From an uncultured delta proteobacterium (GTDB lineage Bacteria; Desulfobacterota; Desulfomonilia; Desulfomonilales; Desulfomonilaceae): 64,000 nt of DNA. The stretch is from positions 1,145-65,144 of the forward strand of contig CAWJJL010000052.1 of assembly GCA_963843165.1 (NCBI GenBank). The letters are read 5' to 3'. The number at the start of each line of letters is the position of its first letter. Position 1 is the stretch's first letter. The translations under genes and the position numbers were made by a program. Positions 31,536 to 42,423 of the stretch are shown here, one piece after another. The notes under the pieces were generated by a model. That model was not told where the DNA came from. It worked only from the letters and a program-made list of their open reading frames with translations, and searched no databases.

Positions 31536-32261
31536 TCATTTCTTGATCTTGGATAAATCCACCCCGGTGAGATTTGCTCCTTCCAAATTTGCTCCTGTCA
31601 AATTGGCATCTGTTAAATCCGCACCGGTCAAATCGGCCCCGGATAAATTAGCACCCGTCAAATCCGCGCCGGCGAATATGGCCCCGGTTAGATTTGCACT
31701 GGTGAGAATTGCCTTGGCCAAGTTGGCGACAGTCAAGGCAGCGCGACTTAAGTCGGCCATAGTGAGATTGGTACCGCCCAGATCTGCCCAGAACATCTCC
31801 GCGTCCGAGAAGTTGGCGATCGTGGCGTTGCTTCTTGAAAAACTGGCCTGAGATAAATCCGCACCGGAAAAATTAGCTCCCACCAGGTTAGACCAAAAAA
31901 AATCGGCATTTACCAGAAAGGCACCTCCCAGATCTGCCATAGTGAGATCCGCACCGGTGAGGTTGGCGTCATTCAAACGAGCTTTTGCGAGTACTGCACC
32001 AATTAAAATACATCTCGTCAGATTGCTTCCCGCAAAATCGGAGTCTGGCAAATTTGCTTTCGTCAAATTTGCGCCGGACAAATTTATTCGGGAGAAGTCA
32101 ATTCCCTCGAGGTCTATACGCACCAGATTAGAACCGGGCAGGTCAATTCCGGATAGGTCAGCCCCGGACTTGGCGGCAGAAACAAGGAATTCCTTCAAAG
32201 TTGCGGCTTCTCCGTCAAGAATTATTTTATGGGTGAATCGATTTTGGATCCGGATTCTCAA
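31536..32261 (-). CDS. Pentapeptide-repeat protein
   Basis: About 35 consecutive A(D/N)L(S/T)G-type pentapeptides (ANLTGADLTGANLSGADLTG...). Confidence 0.9.
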   Translation of the reverse strand: MRIRIQNRFTHKIILDGEAATLKEFLVSAAKSGADLSGIDLPGSNLVRIDLEGIDFSRINLSGANLTKANLPDSDFAGSNLTRCILIGAVLAKARLNDANLTGADLTMADLGGAFLVNADFFWSNLVGANFSGADLSQASFSRSNATIANFSDAEMFWADLGGTNLTMADLSRAALTVANLAKAILTSANLTGAIFAGADLTGANLSGADLTGADLTDANLTGANLEGANLTGVDLSKIKK

Positions 32262-32361
32262 TTTTTTCCGTGGCCCTCGGGATACCGGCCGCCTTGGTGA
32301 ATCGATACCCCAGTAATCACGACGTGTTTGTCCTGATTAGACAGAGATTAAGAACGTAAAA

Positions 32362-32384
32362 GCCCCTCCCTTGCAAGGAGGGGC
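32362..32384 (-). terminator. Intrinsic terminator after the small secreted-protein gene
   Basis: GCCCCTCC-7 nt-GGAGGGGC, followed by TTTT on the minus strand. Confidence 0.5.
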
Positions 32385-32483
32385 ATTGAATGATTTTCTT
32401 GATTTATCGAAGAGCAATTTAGCCGGACTGACAGGTGTAATAAGAATCCACCCAAGTGTAGGCCGACTAAGCAAAGAGCTTTC

Positions 32484-32750
32484 TTAGCTCTTTCTGGCCT
32501 TCTTAACTGGCGGTGGTCCAGCGGGGCATTTTTCGATGGTCATCCACTTGCCCGACCATTTGATGGTAGGCGCACAAGGACCACAAAGTTTTTCCATTCC
32601 TTTGGCTGAACCTTTGCAAAGGACTTGGTCTTTACAGGGCGGCATCTTCACAGTCGGCATCCCGTAGCAGCCCCAATCCATAGCAAAAACCGTCCCTGCC
32701 AGCGCCAGAGAGCCCAACAGAACCACGAAAAGAACCAACAACTTCTTCAT
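32484..32750 (-). CDS. Small secreted Cys-rich protein (88 aa)
   Basis: Strong RBS AAGGAGGG, a signal peptide (MKKLLVLFVVLLGSLALAGTVFA) and 7 Cys in the mature part. No family recognised. Confidence 0.5.
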   Translation of the reverse strand: MKKLLVLFVVLLGSLALAGTVFAMDWGCYGMPTVKMPPCKDQVLCKGSAKGMEKLCGPCAPTIKWSGKWMTIEKCPAGPPPVKKARKS

Positions 32751-33090
32751 CCTAAACCCTCCTTAATCGAAGCATACTCCATTGAAAGAGCTATCAGACT
32801 TAAATTTGGGACAGCCTAACACGCCACTTACGGCCTTGTCAAGAAAAAATCCTGGTCGCCAGCAGAGTCTACCTGCCTTTCGGCGATCCGCAAGGATTCA
32901 CGTCTTCACTAGCTGTCCATGAATTCTTTTTAGAACTAATTCGAAGCAATTTGCAAGAAAAATTTTCCTCGATCCAGACACAAATCTATGTCATGCACCA
33001 GGAGGGACCCGCCAAGCCAATGGAAGCCGTGCATTTATTTTTTCAGTAGCCGGCTTATGATCCGCATCCACGGAATGACTCACTGACTTA

Positions 33091-34753
33091 TTATGTATAA
33101 ATTAGAATGGTTTGGACCAGGGGCTTACGACCCAAGATTCGGTTTATGTGCCTGCGGACCGTTAATCGAATTTCCTCTTTCGCGTCTTCCCATTTGTCGG
33201 TGGTCCTCGGCTGCACCTCTTCAAGTAGTTTTTTGAGCGCGATTGTCACTCCTTCCAGCAGCTCTGGTTCCACGTCCTGAAATGTAACGCCTAATGATTG
33301 AACTACCGGCCCGGAGATGAGTTGCGCGGTTTCTCCGTTTACGAACAGCACAACCGTGATCACCCCCACCTCTGAAAGAACACGGCGGTCTCGCAGAAAC
33401 ATCTTGGCCGATTTCTCCCACGCCTTTCCCATGCACAAAAATTTTCCCGACCTCGAGTTGCCGGAGCACTTTAGGTCCGTCAGCAGAGAGTTCAATTAAA
33501 TCACCATCCTCCGCCACCAAAACTCTTTCGGGTGGAATGCCTTCTTCTATAGCGATTTCTGCATGACGCAAAAGATGTCTATATTCCCCATGGACAGGAA
33601 TAAATGAAATCGGATGCACTCGTCGGATGAGATAGCGTAATTCCTCTTCGCTGGCATGTCCCGACACATGAACATCCGATATCTTTTCGTACATCACCCG
33701 GGCGCCCCTACGACAAAATTCATTTATGATCTGATGAATCGCTCTTTCATTCCCTGGAATGAACCGAGATGAAAGGACTACAACATCACCGGTTTTAACT
33801 TTAAGATATTTGTGACGGCCGAATGCCATTAAAGAGAGCGCGGACATAGGCTCCCCCTGTGAACCCGTGGAGAGCACAGTCAATTTGCCGTCCGGCAAGG
33901 AATCCATGTCCTTCATATCAACGAGGATTCCCCGGGGTATTGTCAAATATCCTCTTTCGGAAGCTATTCTCGTGTTTGCAAGCATTGAGCGACCTACCAG
34001 AACAACTTTCCGAGAAAACTCTTCCGAAAGATCCATTACTTGCTGTATGCGATGAATGTTGGAAGAAAAACTCGCAATCAGGACACGCCCCCTCGATTCC
34101 GTGAAAATTTTTTCGAAGGCCGGGCGAATCATACTCTCGGACAACGTTGTGCCCGGATTTGATACGTTCGTACTGTCCGAAAACAAAGCAAGCACACCAT
34201 TGCGAGAAAGAGAAGAGATCTTCTCCAAATCACATAGACGGCCATCTACAGGGGTGGGGTCCAACTTGAAATCCCCTGAATGCATGATGAGTCCGGCAGG
34301 AGTCGTAACAGCGACCCCCACGCCATCCGCCACGGAATGGCACATAGCGAAGAGGTCTATTCTAAACGGCCCCAGTAGGATGGGATCGTCGACCGATGCA
34401 ATATTTCGCTGGGTACTGCCCAACAAATCAAATTCATCCAACTTGTTCTCTATGAAGCCCGTCGTAAGGTCGGTGGCATAAACAGGAACTGAAATTTTCT
34501 TCAAGACGTAGGGTAAGGCTCCAATATGATCCTCATGCCCGTGAGTCAGAATGATTCCCAAAATATTCCATCCCTGGCGAAGAATTACATCCAGATCGGG
34601 TATGACAATGTCTACACCCGGCATGGACTCATCCGGAAACATTAGCCCCGCATCAATAATAATTGCGTCGTTCTCGAAGACGACAGCCATCATATTGAGG
34701 CCTATTTCTCCAAGTCCGCCTAAAGGAAGGATTTTGAGTGTCGCATTCTCCAT
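33091..34753 (-). CDS. rnj: Ribonuclease J (metallo-beta-lactamase / beta-CASP), frame broken at TTT run 33397-33399
   Basis: The HGHEDHIG motif and beta-CASP blocks are present. The C-terminal domain continues in ORF 33091..33495 (LRDRRVLSEVGVITVV...) after a 1-nt shift. Confidence 0.85.
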
Positions 34754-34766
34754 AATGTTTACCCGA

Positions 34767-35828
34767 TCACGCCAAATACTTGGCTACAAGTTCCCCTATT
34801 TCGGATGTCGAGTGGCCCATGCGGCCTGCTTCGAGGCTTTTTAGATCATTAGAGATCACCTTAACTACCGCATTCTCGACGGATTGAGCTGCCGTCGACT
34901 GTCCCAGGATCTCAAGCATTAATCCCCCCGCCAGAATACATGCCAGAGGATTAATCACATTTTTGCCCGTGTACTTAGGTGCTGAACCGCCGATTGGTTC
35001 GAACATCGATACACCTTCCGGATTTATGTTCGCCCCCGCGGCTATTCCCATGCCGCCCTGAATCATCGCACCCAAATCAGTGATAATATCCCCGAACATA
35101 TTATCTGTGACAATGACATCAAACCATTCAGGGTTTTTCACCATCCACATACATATCGCATCAACATGGGCATAATCCGTTGTTACGTCAAGATACTCTT
35201 TTGAGAGTTCATTGAATCTTCTTGTCCAGAGATCCCACGCATACGTGAGAACATTGTTTTTCCCGCAGAGAGTCAATTTTTTGGATTTTCCCCTGGCGCG
35301 TGTAGCGTCAAAGGCGTACCTAAGCAGACGATCGATGCCTTTGCGCGTGTTTATGGATTCCTGAATAGCAATCTCATCGGGCGTACCCTTTTTGAAGAAT
35401 CCACCTGAGCCTACATAAAATCCCTCAGTATTTTCCCTTACTACCAGAAAATCGATCTGCTCGGGAGTCTTATCTCGGAGAGGAGTTTCCACACCCGGAT
35501 AGAGCTTCACCGGCCGAAGATTGACGTATTGATCCAGTTCAAAACGGAGCCTAAGAAGAATACCCTTTTCGAGAAGTCCTGGGGGAACATCCGGGTGACC
35601 GATGGCTCCGAGATAAATTGCATCTACTTGCTTCAATTCTTCCAGAACTGAATCGGGCAAAATCTCACCTGTCCTCAAGTAGTAATCACCACCGAGTTCG
35701 AAATCGACAAAATTCAAAACGAACCCGTGTAGGGATGCCACGGCCGACAGCACTTTTTTGCCCTCCCGTATAACTTCACCCCCGGTTCCGTCCCCCGGAA
35801 TAACTGCAATTGCATAAGACATCGGCAT
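34767..35828 (-). CDS. Isopropylmalate/tartrate dehydrogenase-family oxidative decarboxylase (closest by motif to tartrate/D-malate dehydrogenases)
   Basis: [32 protein letters not shown] and [12 protein letters not shown] motifs. An RBS precedes MPMSYAI. Confidence 0.8.
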   Translation of the reverse strand: MPMSYAIAVIPGDGTGGEVIREGKKVLSAVASLHGFVLNFVDFELGGDYYLRTGEILPDSVLEELKQVDAIYLGAIGHPDVPPGLLEKGILLRLRFELDQYVNLRPVKLYPGVETPLRDKTPEQIDFLVVRENTEGFYVGSGGFFKKGTPDEIAIQESINTRKGIDRLLRYAFDATRARGKSKKLTLCGKNNVLTYAWDLWTRRFNELSKEYLDVTTDYAHVDAICMWMVKNPEWFDVIVTDNMFGDIITDLGAMIQGGMGIAAGANINPEGVSMFEPIGGSAPKYTGKNVINPLACILAGGLMLEILGQSTAAQSVENAVVKVISNDLKSLEAGRMGHSTSEIGELVAKYLA

Positions 35829-35981
35829 AATGAAACCTCTTCCACTGATAGTTAGCTGCAAGGGCGATCTATGATCGCCCTCCTGTGCAACGGCCCCCAT
35901 GTTATCATTTTGAAAGTAAAATGGTGTATAGGCATTCGCAGTCGCGACATTTTATGTTGTCACGATCTTATGACAGCAGCA

Positions 35982-37130
35982 TCATGGATTAAGACCGAGG
36001 CCTCGGCTTATGATCAGTTTCATGATTTCGCTTGTGCCCGCAAAGATAGAAAGAGCGCGAACATCTCGATAAATCTTGCACACTCTATACTCTTCCATAT
36101 ATCCGTAGCCGCCGTGAAGTTGAAGAGCCTGATATGCAATTCTATTTACCATTTCGCCCAGCCAATATTTCGCCATTGATACTTTTTGAACGATATTTTT
36201 GCCTTCAATGTGATCTTTTATAAGGTTGTCCAAGAAAGTTCGGCCGATTTGAACCTCCGTGGCCATGTCAGCCAACCTGAACGCATTGTACTGAAAATTC
36301 CCGATAAGTTTACCGAATGCCTCACGCACATTCACATAGCTGAGCGCCTCCTTGAGCGCTTCTTCCGCCAAGAGCTGGCACTTGATGGAGACTTCCAGAC
36401 GCTCCTGCTGGAGTTTCGCCATCATGTACTTGAAACCCTTTCCTTCTTCTCCCAATAAATTAGCAGCAGGGACACGGCAATCCTCGAAGAAAAGCTCAGC
36501 CGTTTCCGCCAGGTGGGCTCCCATTTTTTCCAATTTCCGGCCCCGATGAAAGCCGGGCGCATCCTTGTCGACCAGGATGAGGCTGATGCCTCGATGGCCG
36601 GCGCCCGAATCGGTCTTGACCGCGAGGACTATCACGTCCGCAATGTAACCATTTGTAATAAATGTTTTCTGTCCATTTATTACATAGGAGTCCCCGTCTT
36701 TGACAGCTTTGGTTCGAATTGCCGCGAGGTCGGAGCCCGTATTGGGCTCGGTCAGCCCTATACATGTAATGACTTCACCCGTTGTACATCCCGGCAGCCA
36801 GCGTTTCTTCACCTCAGGCGACGCGTAGGAGTAAATATATGGGGTAGCGACATCGCTGTGCAACGGGACTTCAATACCGTATCCATTTCCCCGTAGCAGC
36901 TCCTCATTAATGATGACGGAGTAATCGAACCCCAATCCCAGACCTCCATATTCCTCCGGCAGCCACGGACACAAAAAGCCTTGTTCGCCCATCTTGAACC
37001 ATAGGCTCCGTGGAACGGCCTGCTGTTTTTCCCATTCGGCAACATTGGGAGTGATCTCCTTGGCCACAAACTTCTTAAAGGAATCCCGAAAGATCAGGTG
37101 CTCCTCACTGTCAAATATGGTATCGGTCAT
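35982..37130 (-). CDS. Acyl-CoA dehydrogenase
   Basis: 382 aa with the canonical GLTEPNTGSD, ITNG and QLHGGYGY...RDVR...IFAGTSEI motifs. Confidence 0.9.
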   Translation of the reverse strand: MTDTIFDSEEHLIFRDSFKKFVAKEITPNVAEWEKQQAVPRSLWFKMGEQGFLCPWLPEEYGGLGLGFDYSVIINEELLRGNGYGIEVPLHSDVATPYIYSYASPEVKKRWLPGCTTGEVITCIGLTEPNTGSDLAAIRTKAVKDGDSYVINGQKTFITNGYIADVIVLAVKTDSGAGHRGISLILVDKDAPGFHRGRKLEKMGAHLAETAELFFEDCRVPAANLLGEEGKGFKYMMAKLQQERLEVSIKCQLLAEEALKEALSYVNVREAFGKLIGNFQYNAFRLADMATEVQIGRTFLDNLIKDHIEGKNIVQKVSMAKYWLGEMVNRIAYQALQLHGGYGYMEEYRVCKIYRDVRALSIFAGTSEIMKLIISRGLGLNP

Positions 37131-37292
37131 TAATTCACCTCTTTGAATCAGCTATTTATTTATACGATTTGTTTAAAGTTGAAAATTTCGGATTTGGACC
37201 GGGTTTCATAATGCCATCCGATCGAAAAGGGGAGGAACAGCAACCTGGCAGAATTGCTGGTAACCAAATACGAGGGTGTCGTATTATTTGAA

Positions 37293-37316
37293 AGGGGCGA
37301 TTCATAAATCGCCCCT
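37293..37316 (-). terminator. Hairpin (10-bp stem) downstream of the FAD-oxidase gene
   Basis: AGGGGCGATT-4 nt-AATCGCCCCT, followed by TTT on the minus strand. It belongs to the GGGGCG hairpin family seen elsewhere in the window. Confidence 0.45.
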
Positions 37317-37335
37317 GCAAATGTGGGTTACTTGG

Positions 37336-38937
37336 TCATTTCGGCAAGTCGTCCGGAGATTCCCAGTCCTTCATAAAGTGCATCCACGGTGCTCGCTCCA
37401 CAAAGACATCGTGGGCCAATGGAACCGGTGGATGGCACTTCCACTTGGGATCGAACTCCTCTTTTACCTTGAGTAGAAACTCATGGTAGTTTGGGCCATA
37501 TTTCGGTCCTGTTAGGTAGAGAGGCTGATGAGGACCGAGAAGAGAGGTGTAGAAACGATTCTTTATGTTCATCTTGGATGTATCCAGGTAGAACTGGTCA
37601 ACCTTATCCGTATCGTCATCCTGATCCCAGTAGACCAGGAATTCGGAGTATCCCTGGTGACCTAGCTCGAAGCTCTGGAACCAGCCAGGATCTCCGTAAT
37701 CAGGCATCAGCGGCGGAGTGTATTTCTTCTTCAGTTCCGCGTATGATGGGCCATGGTCCGGCGATTGGGACAGAGTCTCAATAACATAATCCACAGATAC
37801 GTAACCGCCGCACATGAGCCACATGCCGGCGGAGTCGGCATTCTTGATCCACGACTCGTCCGAAGGCTTGGTCCTCCGCGCCTGGCCACCCAGTTCGGTC
37901 ATGATATCCATGAGCACGGCTTCATCGTACGCCATTTGTTCTTCCGATGTGAAGCCGATCAGAAGAACTCGCACAATAAAGAAATTAGCGACAGTCTCTT
38001 CATTTTCCTTGCCCCAGAGATCCCAAAATTCCTCTTTGCATTCCGCTTTGGCAATGGCGCGCCAGAACAGAGGCACCTTGGTAACCGCCCCGGCGATCTC
38101 GGCATGCCCGATTTCCCTCATGGACTTCACCTGAGCCTCTTTGGACGGCATGATGAAGTTGATCCATTTGACCCGTTTCTCGGGAAGAGCGAGCGCGGTA
38201 TTGGGCGAAATTCCCGTGGGCACAAGGCGTTCGGGTTGGAAAGGAAGCGTCTTGATGGCCATTCTGGTCACGATCCCGAGGCAGCCGCGCAGGCCGGTAT
38301 ATCCCCTCAACAGACCTCTGAGGTCCGGTCCCGGACTCTCTCCCCAGAAGGGGTCGTCGCCTGTCGCCAGAGATCCCAATTTGAGTAGCTCACCGTCCGG
38401 CATGACCACCTCAGTCCCGAGGATGCGTCTGTGGGGAAGCCCGATCCGGTGGCTCAAAGGAGACCAACCGTCACCAATTAGGTTCGCGATGGCCGAAGCT
38501 TGCGCGCCGCCACCTCCGATCACCACATAGGCCCCGTGCTGCATACATTCCTCTTGGATGGGCGAGTAGATCATCCCGGGGCCTACTTCCACATAAAAAT
38601 GTTTCTCATCGAGCACGAAATCGTTCATGCGTTTCAGATCGATCAGCAGTGCATCCTCTACATGGGGATGAGAGCGCGGCCCATAAAATCCTGTGCTGTA
38701 AGGCACATAGGGGATGTCATTACGATAGCAGATTTTGACTATTCTCTGAACTTCCTCTGTGGTCCTTGGCATGATCACGCATCCCGGGATGGTGGTCATG
38801 ACCCGTTCATATCCCAAGCCATTCTCATATCCGCCGGGACCGCTTCTATAGCCTTCGCAGATCACCGGATCATCGGAGATGTACTGAGTGCCGACTATTG
38901 CCTCCAAGGCCTTGTAGATTTCTTTTGATATCGCCAT
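37336..38937 (-). CDS. FAD-binding (PCMH/FAD_binding_4-type) oxidoreductase
   Basis: 533 aa. The N-terminal region (ALEAIVGTQYISDD...PGCVIMPRTTEEVQRIVKIC...IPYVP) fits the vanillyl-alcohol/GlcD-type FAD domain. The C-terminal part is divergent. Confidence 0.7.
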   Translation of the reverse strand: MAISKEIYKALEAIVGTQYISDDPVICEGYRSGPGGYENGLGYERVMTTIPGCVIMPRTTEEVQRIVKICYRNDIPYVPYSTGFYGPRSHPHVEDALLIDLKRMNDFVLDEKHFYVEVGPGMIYSPIQEECMQHGAYVVIGGGGAQASAIANLIGDGWSPLSHRIGLPHRRILGTEVVMPDGELLKLGSLATGDDPFWGESPGPDLRGLLRGYTGLRGCLGIVTRMAIKTLPFQPERLVPTGISPNTALALPEKRVKWINFIMPSKEAQVKSMREIGHAEIAGAVTKVPLFWRAIAKAECKEEFWDLWGKENEETVANFFIVRVLLIGFTSEEQMAYDEAVLMDIMTELGGQARRTKPSDESWIKNADSAGMWLMCGGYVSVDYVIETLSQSPDHGPSYAELKKKYTPPLMPDYGDPGWFQSFELGHQGYSEFLVYWDQDDDTDKVDQFYLDTSKMNIKNRFYTSLLGPHQPLYLTGPKYGPNYHEFLLKVKEEFDPKWKCHPPVPLAHDVFVERAPWMHFMKDWESPDDLPK

Positions 38938-38952
38938 GATTACTCTCCTTGC

Positions 38953-40278
38953 CTAGCCTTTAATGGATGCGCAGATAACTTCCGAAATATCCAAGACCTG
39001 CACATCGCCGCCGCTGTCTTTGACCGCCTGGGCGAAATTGTTTTTGCACCAGGGACAGGATGATACCAGCGTTTCAGCGCCGATTTCCCTGACCTCTTCG
39101 AGTCGATGCGCTGCAGCCCAATTTGCAAAATCCGGATATGCTTCTTGTGTTCCCCGACCTGCCCCGCAACAGAATGCGTTTTCTCTCGTCCGCGGCATTT
39201 CTACGAGGTTCACCCCGGGTATCGCATGGAGAATATTTCTGGGCTGGGCGTATAGCCCATGTGTGCCGCGCCTTCTCTTGAGTCTTGGTTCCACACATCC
39301 CATCCACCCCCGCTTTCCTTCGTAGGGAGTCCAGGGGTCACTCAAACGGCTGATGCTGCAGGCGTCATGATATGTCAGGCGTGTTTCAAAAGGATTCTTC
39401 ATCTTAAGGTTGCCGCTCTTGATCTTTTCATCCGCATACTCCACCAGATGGACGACCTTGAATCCCAGATCATCCGTGGCGATGTTCAGGAGCTTAGGAT
39501 AGTCAACCTTCCACATACGGTAGCCTTCAGCGCAACTGAGGACAACCATCTTGGCCCCGGTTTTGCGAATCTCTTCCACATTCCGCTGGGCCAGGGCTTT
39601 GGCCTGATCAAGCATGCCGACGGAGAAAGGCGTGTTGCCGCAGCACCATTCGTCCGGCATCAGCATGAATTGCGTTCCCGCTGCTGTGAGAATTTTTGCG
39701 GTAGATTGGGCGATCTCCTTGTTCACATAGGAAGCGGTACAGCCGACGAAATAGAGCACATCCGCTTTTTTCGCAAGAGTGACCCCTTCAGGTATCCAGG
39801 CCGTTCGTTTCTCATGGGGAGCGCCGTACATATTGTGAGTGTTCGCTATATTTTCAGCGATCTTCTTGTGGGCAGGCATCGGACCGACGCCATCCTGGAC
39901 GGCCTTGACCCTGAGCGATTCCAAAGTGAGTCCAATTTCCAGGTCCAGGTTTCGCTTGCATCCCACATCGCAGGCTCCGCACAACGTGCAGGCATACATG
40001 ACTTCCAGGGCTTTTTCATTCCAGTCCAGCAACCCTTCAGCCATTGCATGTCCTATCCGCATCTTTCCGTATGCGCCATAGGCATCGAACTCATATTTGG
40101 CCGCGCTCGGGCACCGGGTCATGAACTTGGCGCCCGGCATATAGGTGTGCTCGACCCAACTGCAGCCTTTGCATTTGATGCAACGGCTCATGTCGTACAC
40201 GAAATTCTGTATATCAGTGATGTCGAATTTGAAGTCCGATCTTGGCTTGTAATATCTTATGGGCAATTGATCCGCCAT
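38953..40278 (-). CDS. Fe-S oxidoreductase with ferredoxin-like clusters and two CCG domains (GlcF/HdrD-like)
   Basis: CIKCKGC...C and CTLCGACDVGC cluster motifs, then two CCG motifs (FVGCT...WCCG and AFCCGAGRG). Confidence 0.8.
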   Translation of the reverse strand: MADQLPIRYYKPRSDFKFDITDIQNFVYDMSRCIKCKGCSWVEHTYMPGAKFMTRCPSAAKYEFDAYGAYGKMRIGHAMAEGLLDWNEKALEVMYACTLCGACDVGCKRNLDLEIGLTLESLRVKAVQDGVGPMPAHKKIAENIANTHNMYGAPHEKRTAWIPEGVTLAKKADVLYFVGCTASYVNKEIAQSTAKILTAAGTQFMLMPDEWCCGNTPFSVGMLDQAKALAQRNVEEIRKTGAKMVVLSCAEGYRMWKVDYPKLLNIATDDLGFKVVHLVEYADEKIKSGNLKMKNPFETRLTYHDACSISRLSDPWTPYEGKRGWMGCVEPRLKRRRGTHGLYAQPRNILHAIPGVNLVEMPRTRENAFCCGAGRGTQEAYPDFANWAAAHRLEEVREIGAETLVSSCPWCKNNFAQAVKDSGGDVQVLDISEVICASIKG

Positions 40279-40291
40279 TGCGTCTCCCTCC

Positions 40292-41750
40292 TTAGAAGCA
40301 CAGATTTGAAGGATTCATGATATTGTTTGGGTCAAACACCTTCTTCAGCCGTTTCAGATGATGAGCATAAGAAGCTGCCTTGTCATAGACGATCGGGGCA
40401 AGGTCACCGTAAGGCCTTGTAAATACGGCCCCTTCTTTTAGAAGCTCCATAGCGGCCACTTTGTAAAGTGAGCGAATGATTGCCTTCTCGGCTTCATCAG
40501 CGGGATCGTAAAAGAAGGTGAATTCGGGTCTGCACGCTCGATTGTGCTCAATCGGCTGGATGTACATGCCAATGTCGCTGCCGGCATAGCCGTACTCTGC
40601 AGCAATTTCTTTGATCACGGTCACAAAGTACTGCGCATTGGACGGCCGTGCGTGGAAAAATAGGCTTTGGCACGCCCCTCTGACACGGTTTTTCCAGTGT
40701 GGCACGTTGGCCGGCCACGGGTTGCGCAGTATCGGCAGGAGTTTGTTTCTTATGCCCGGGAAGCCGGGAAGAGTCTCACCCAACTTCAGATTCGAGAACT
40801 CGTCTTTCATTACCTGAGCAAGAAAGTTTTCTTCGTATGCGATTTTTTCTTCAGGACGTCTTAAAAGCCCGCTGATCACCAAAATCAGCGTCCAAGGAGG
40901 CAGACTGGCTTTCAGTTTATCAAAGTCGCTCGGCCAATCCTGGGCCAGGATCGCTGCCAGATCCACATTATTAAGGAGCAAGACCTCCTGACCGATCCTG
41001 CGCGGCAATATGCGGTGCAGAAAATCCATTGCATAATCCAGATCGTCAATTGCAGCGAACAGGATTTTATCGATTTTGGGGATCGATTCTATTTTCAAAT
41101 TCGTCCAGGTGACCACTCCCATTGTGCCTTGTGCGCACTGAAAAAATCGGTAAAAATCAAGGCCCGGGCCTGAGGGATTCCCTCCCTTTGACGCGGAATC
41201 CGGGTATCCGTTAACGCTGGCCGATCCCATTCTGAAAATCTCCCCAGTAGGCCACACCACTTCCATGGCCTCCAGGGGTTCGCCGTAATCGTACACCTGA
41301 TTAGTGGGCTCTTCCCGTTCCATGAAATCGGTAAGCACGGAACGTTCAGCAGGCGGAGTCAAGGGCATAATTACTCGAAAGCCTTTCTTTTTGAGTTCTC
41401 TGGTAAGCTTGTCCCAGGTAACTCCGGCTTCGAATCTTACCCGACGGTTGTCGGCATCGATTTCCAGGATCTTATCCATTCTCGACAAATCGAGAATCAG
41501 GCCACCCTCCTTGGGAATTGTGGCGCCGTAGAAATGGACCTTGGAACTGCATGGCACAACGGGCAGTTTGTTTTGGTTACAGAATTTGATGATTTCAGCG
41601 ATCTCCTCAGAAGTTGACGGTTTGACCACGTAACTGGGAGCCCCAGGGGGGTAATAGCTGAAATCGGTCGCGTAGGCTTGAAGCTGAGCAGGGTCCTCGG
41701 AGAAGTTTCTCAGCCCCAACAATTTTAGACAAGTTCGATTTGACGTCCAC
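40292..41750 (-). CDS. FAD-linked oxidase (GlcD-like), frame broken near 41715-41730
   Basis: The 476-aa ORF carries the FAD_binding_4 domain. A GTG start with a GGAGG RBS at 41750 gives the family-typical N-terminus VDVKSNLSKIVGAEK in another frame. Confidence 0.75.
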
Positions 41751-42119
41751 TGTTAACCTCCGTTTCTTCTAAAATTCCCGCTGAGTAAATGTTTTTAATT
41801 GAGACTGGCGCCATCTCTCGCTTACATGGATCGAAATTCGGAGATGGCTATTTTGTTTGAGTTATGAAATCAGACGTTTGCGCCTTCGTGCGTTAAGACC
41901 CTTTATTTTCATGGATAGCCCCCGAGTTGAAAAAAAGGACATTGCGCCCAGTCTGAAGCGGCCTATTGATGAAACTGTTAGCACCTTAGTTACTTACGCT
42001 TTGATAGTTAACACGTTAAGCAGTTTCGGTATCAAAATAGAGGACCCGCGAGATTATGTCAAGTTTTTTCCTAGCACTCTCGTAATCGTTCAGTTACGAG
42101 CGGCAATTTGCCGTTTCGT

Positions 42120-42195
42120 GTCATTGCGAGGAGTGAAACGACGAAGCAATCTCAGTTTTCAAAGGCAGAGATTGCTTCGCTACGCTCGCAATGAC
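42120..42195. repeat. 76-bp imperfect palindromic element of the widespread GTCATTGCGAG...CTCGCAATGAC type
   Basis: The outer arms GTCATTGCGAG/CTCGCAATGAC and inner arms GAAGCAATCTC/GAGATTGCTTC pair. The spurious ORF across it reads ...RLLRYARNDN.... Confidence 0.7.
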
Positions 42196-42423
42196 AATCT
42201 TTCGCCACTAGTGACTGAGCAGATACGCACTCTCTCATTGATTCCCCGAGAAACCATATTTTTTGAATCAATCCCGAAAGAACCGCATCTGTGTCTGTTG
42301 ATAGCGGCTGCTTGACTGCGCACATTTCGTGAAGGGGGTCCATTAGAGTTGACCACTCCCAGAATTTAACAATTGTTGACACATTACATCGGGAATACAA
42401 GAAAGTGGGATCCGAGGTGTCAT

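Noticed and set aside
31536-32261. Nucleotide-level 15-nt periodicity, considered as a non-coding tandem repeat
   Set aside because: It is fully explained by the pentapeptide-repeat coding sequence on the minus strand. The plus-strand ORFs here (31543..31851, 31942..32316) are mirror artefacts.
41857-42315. A 152-aa ORF in the spacer before the cassette array
   Set aside because: It spans the palindromic GTCATTGCGAG element (the RLLRYARNDN artefact) and has no RBS or family motif.
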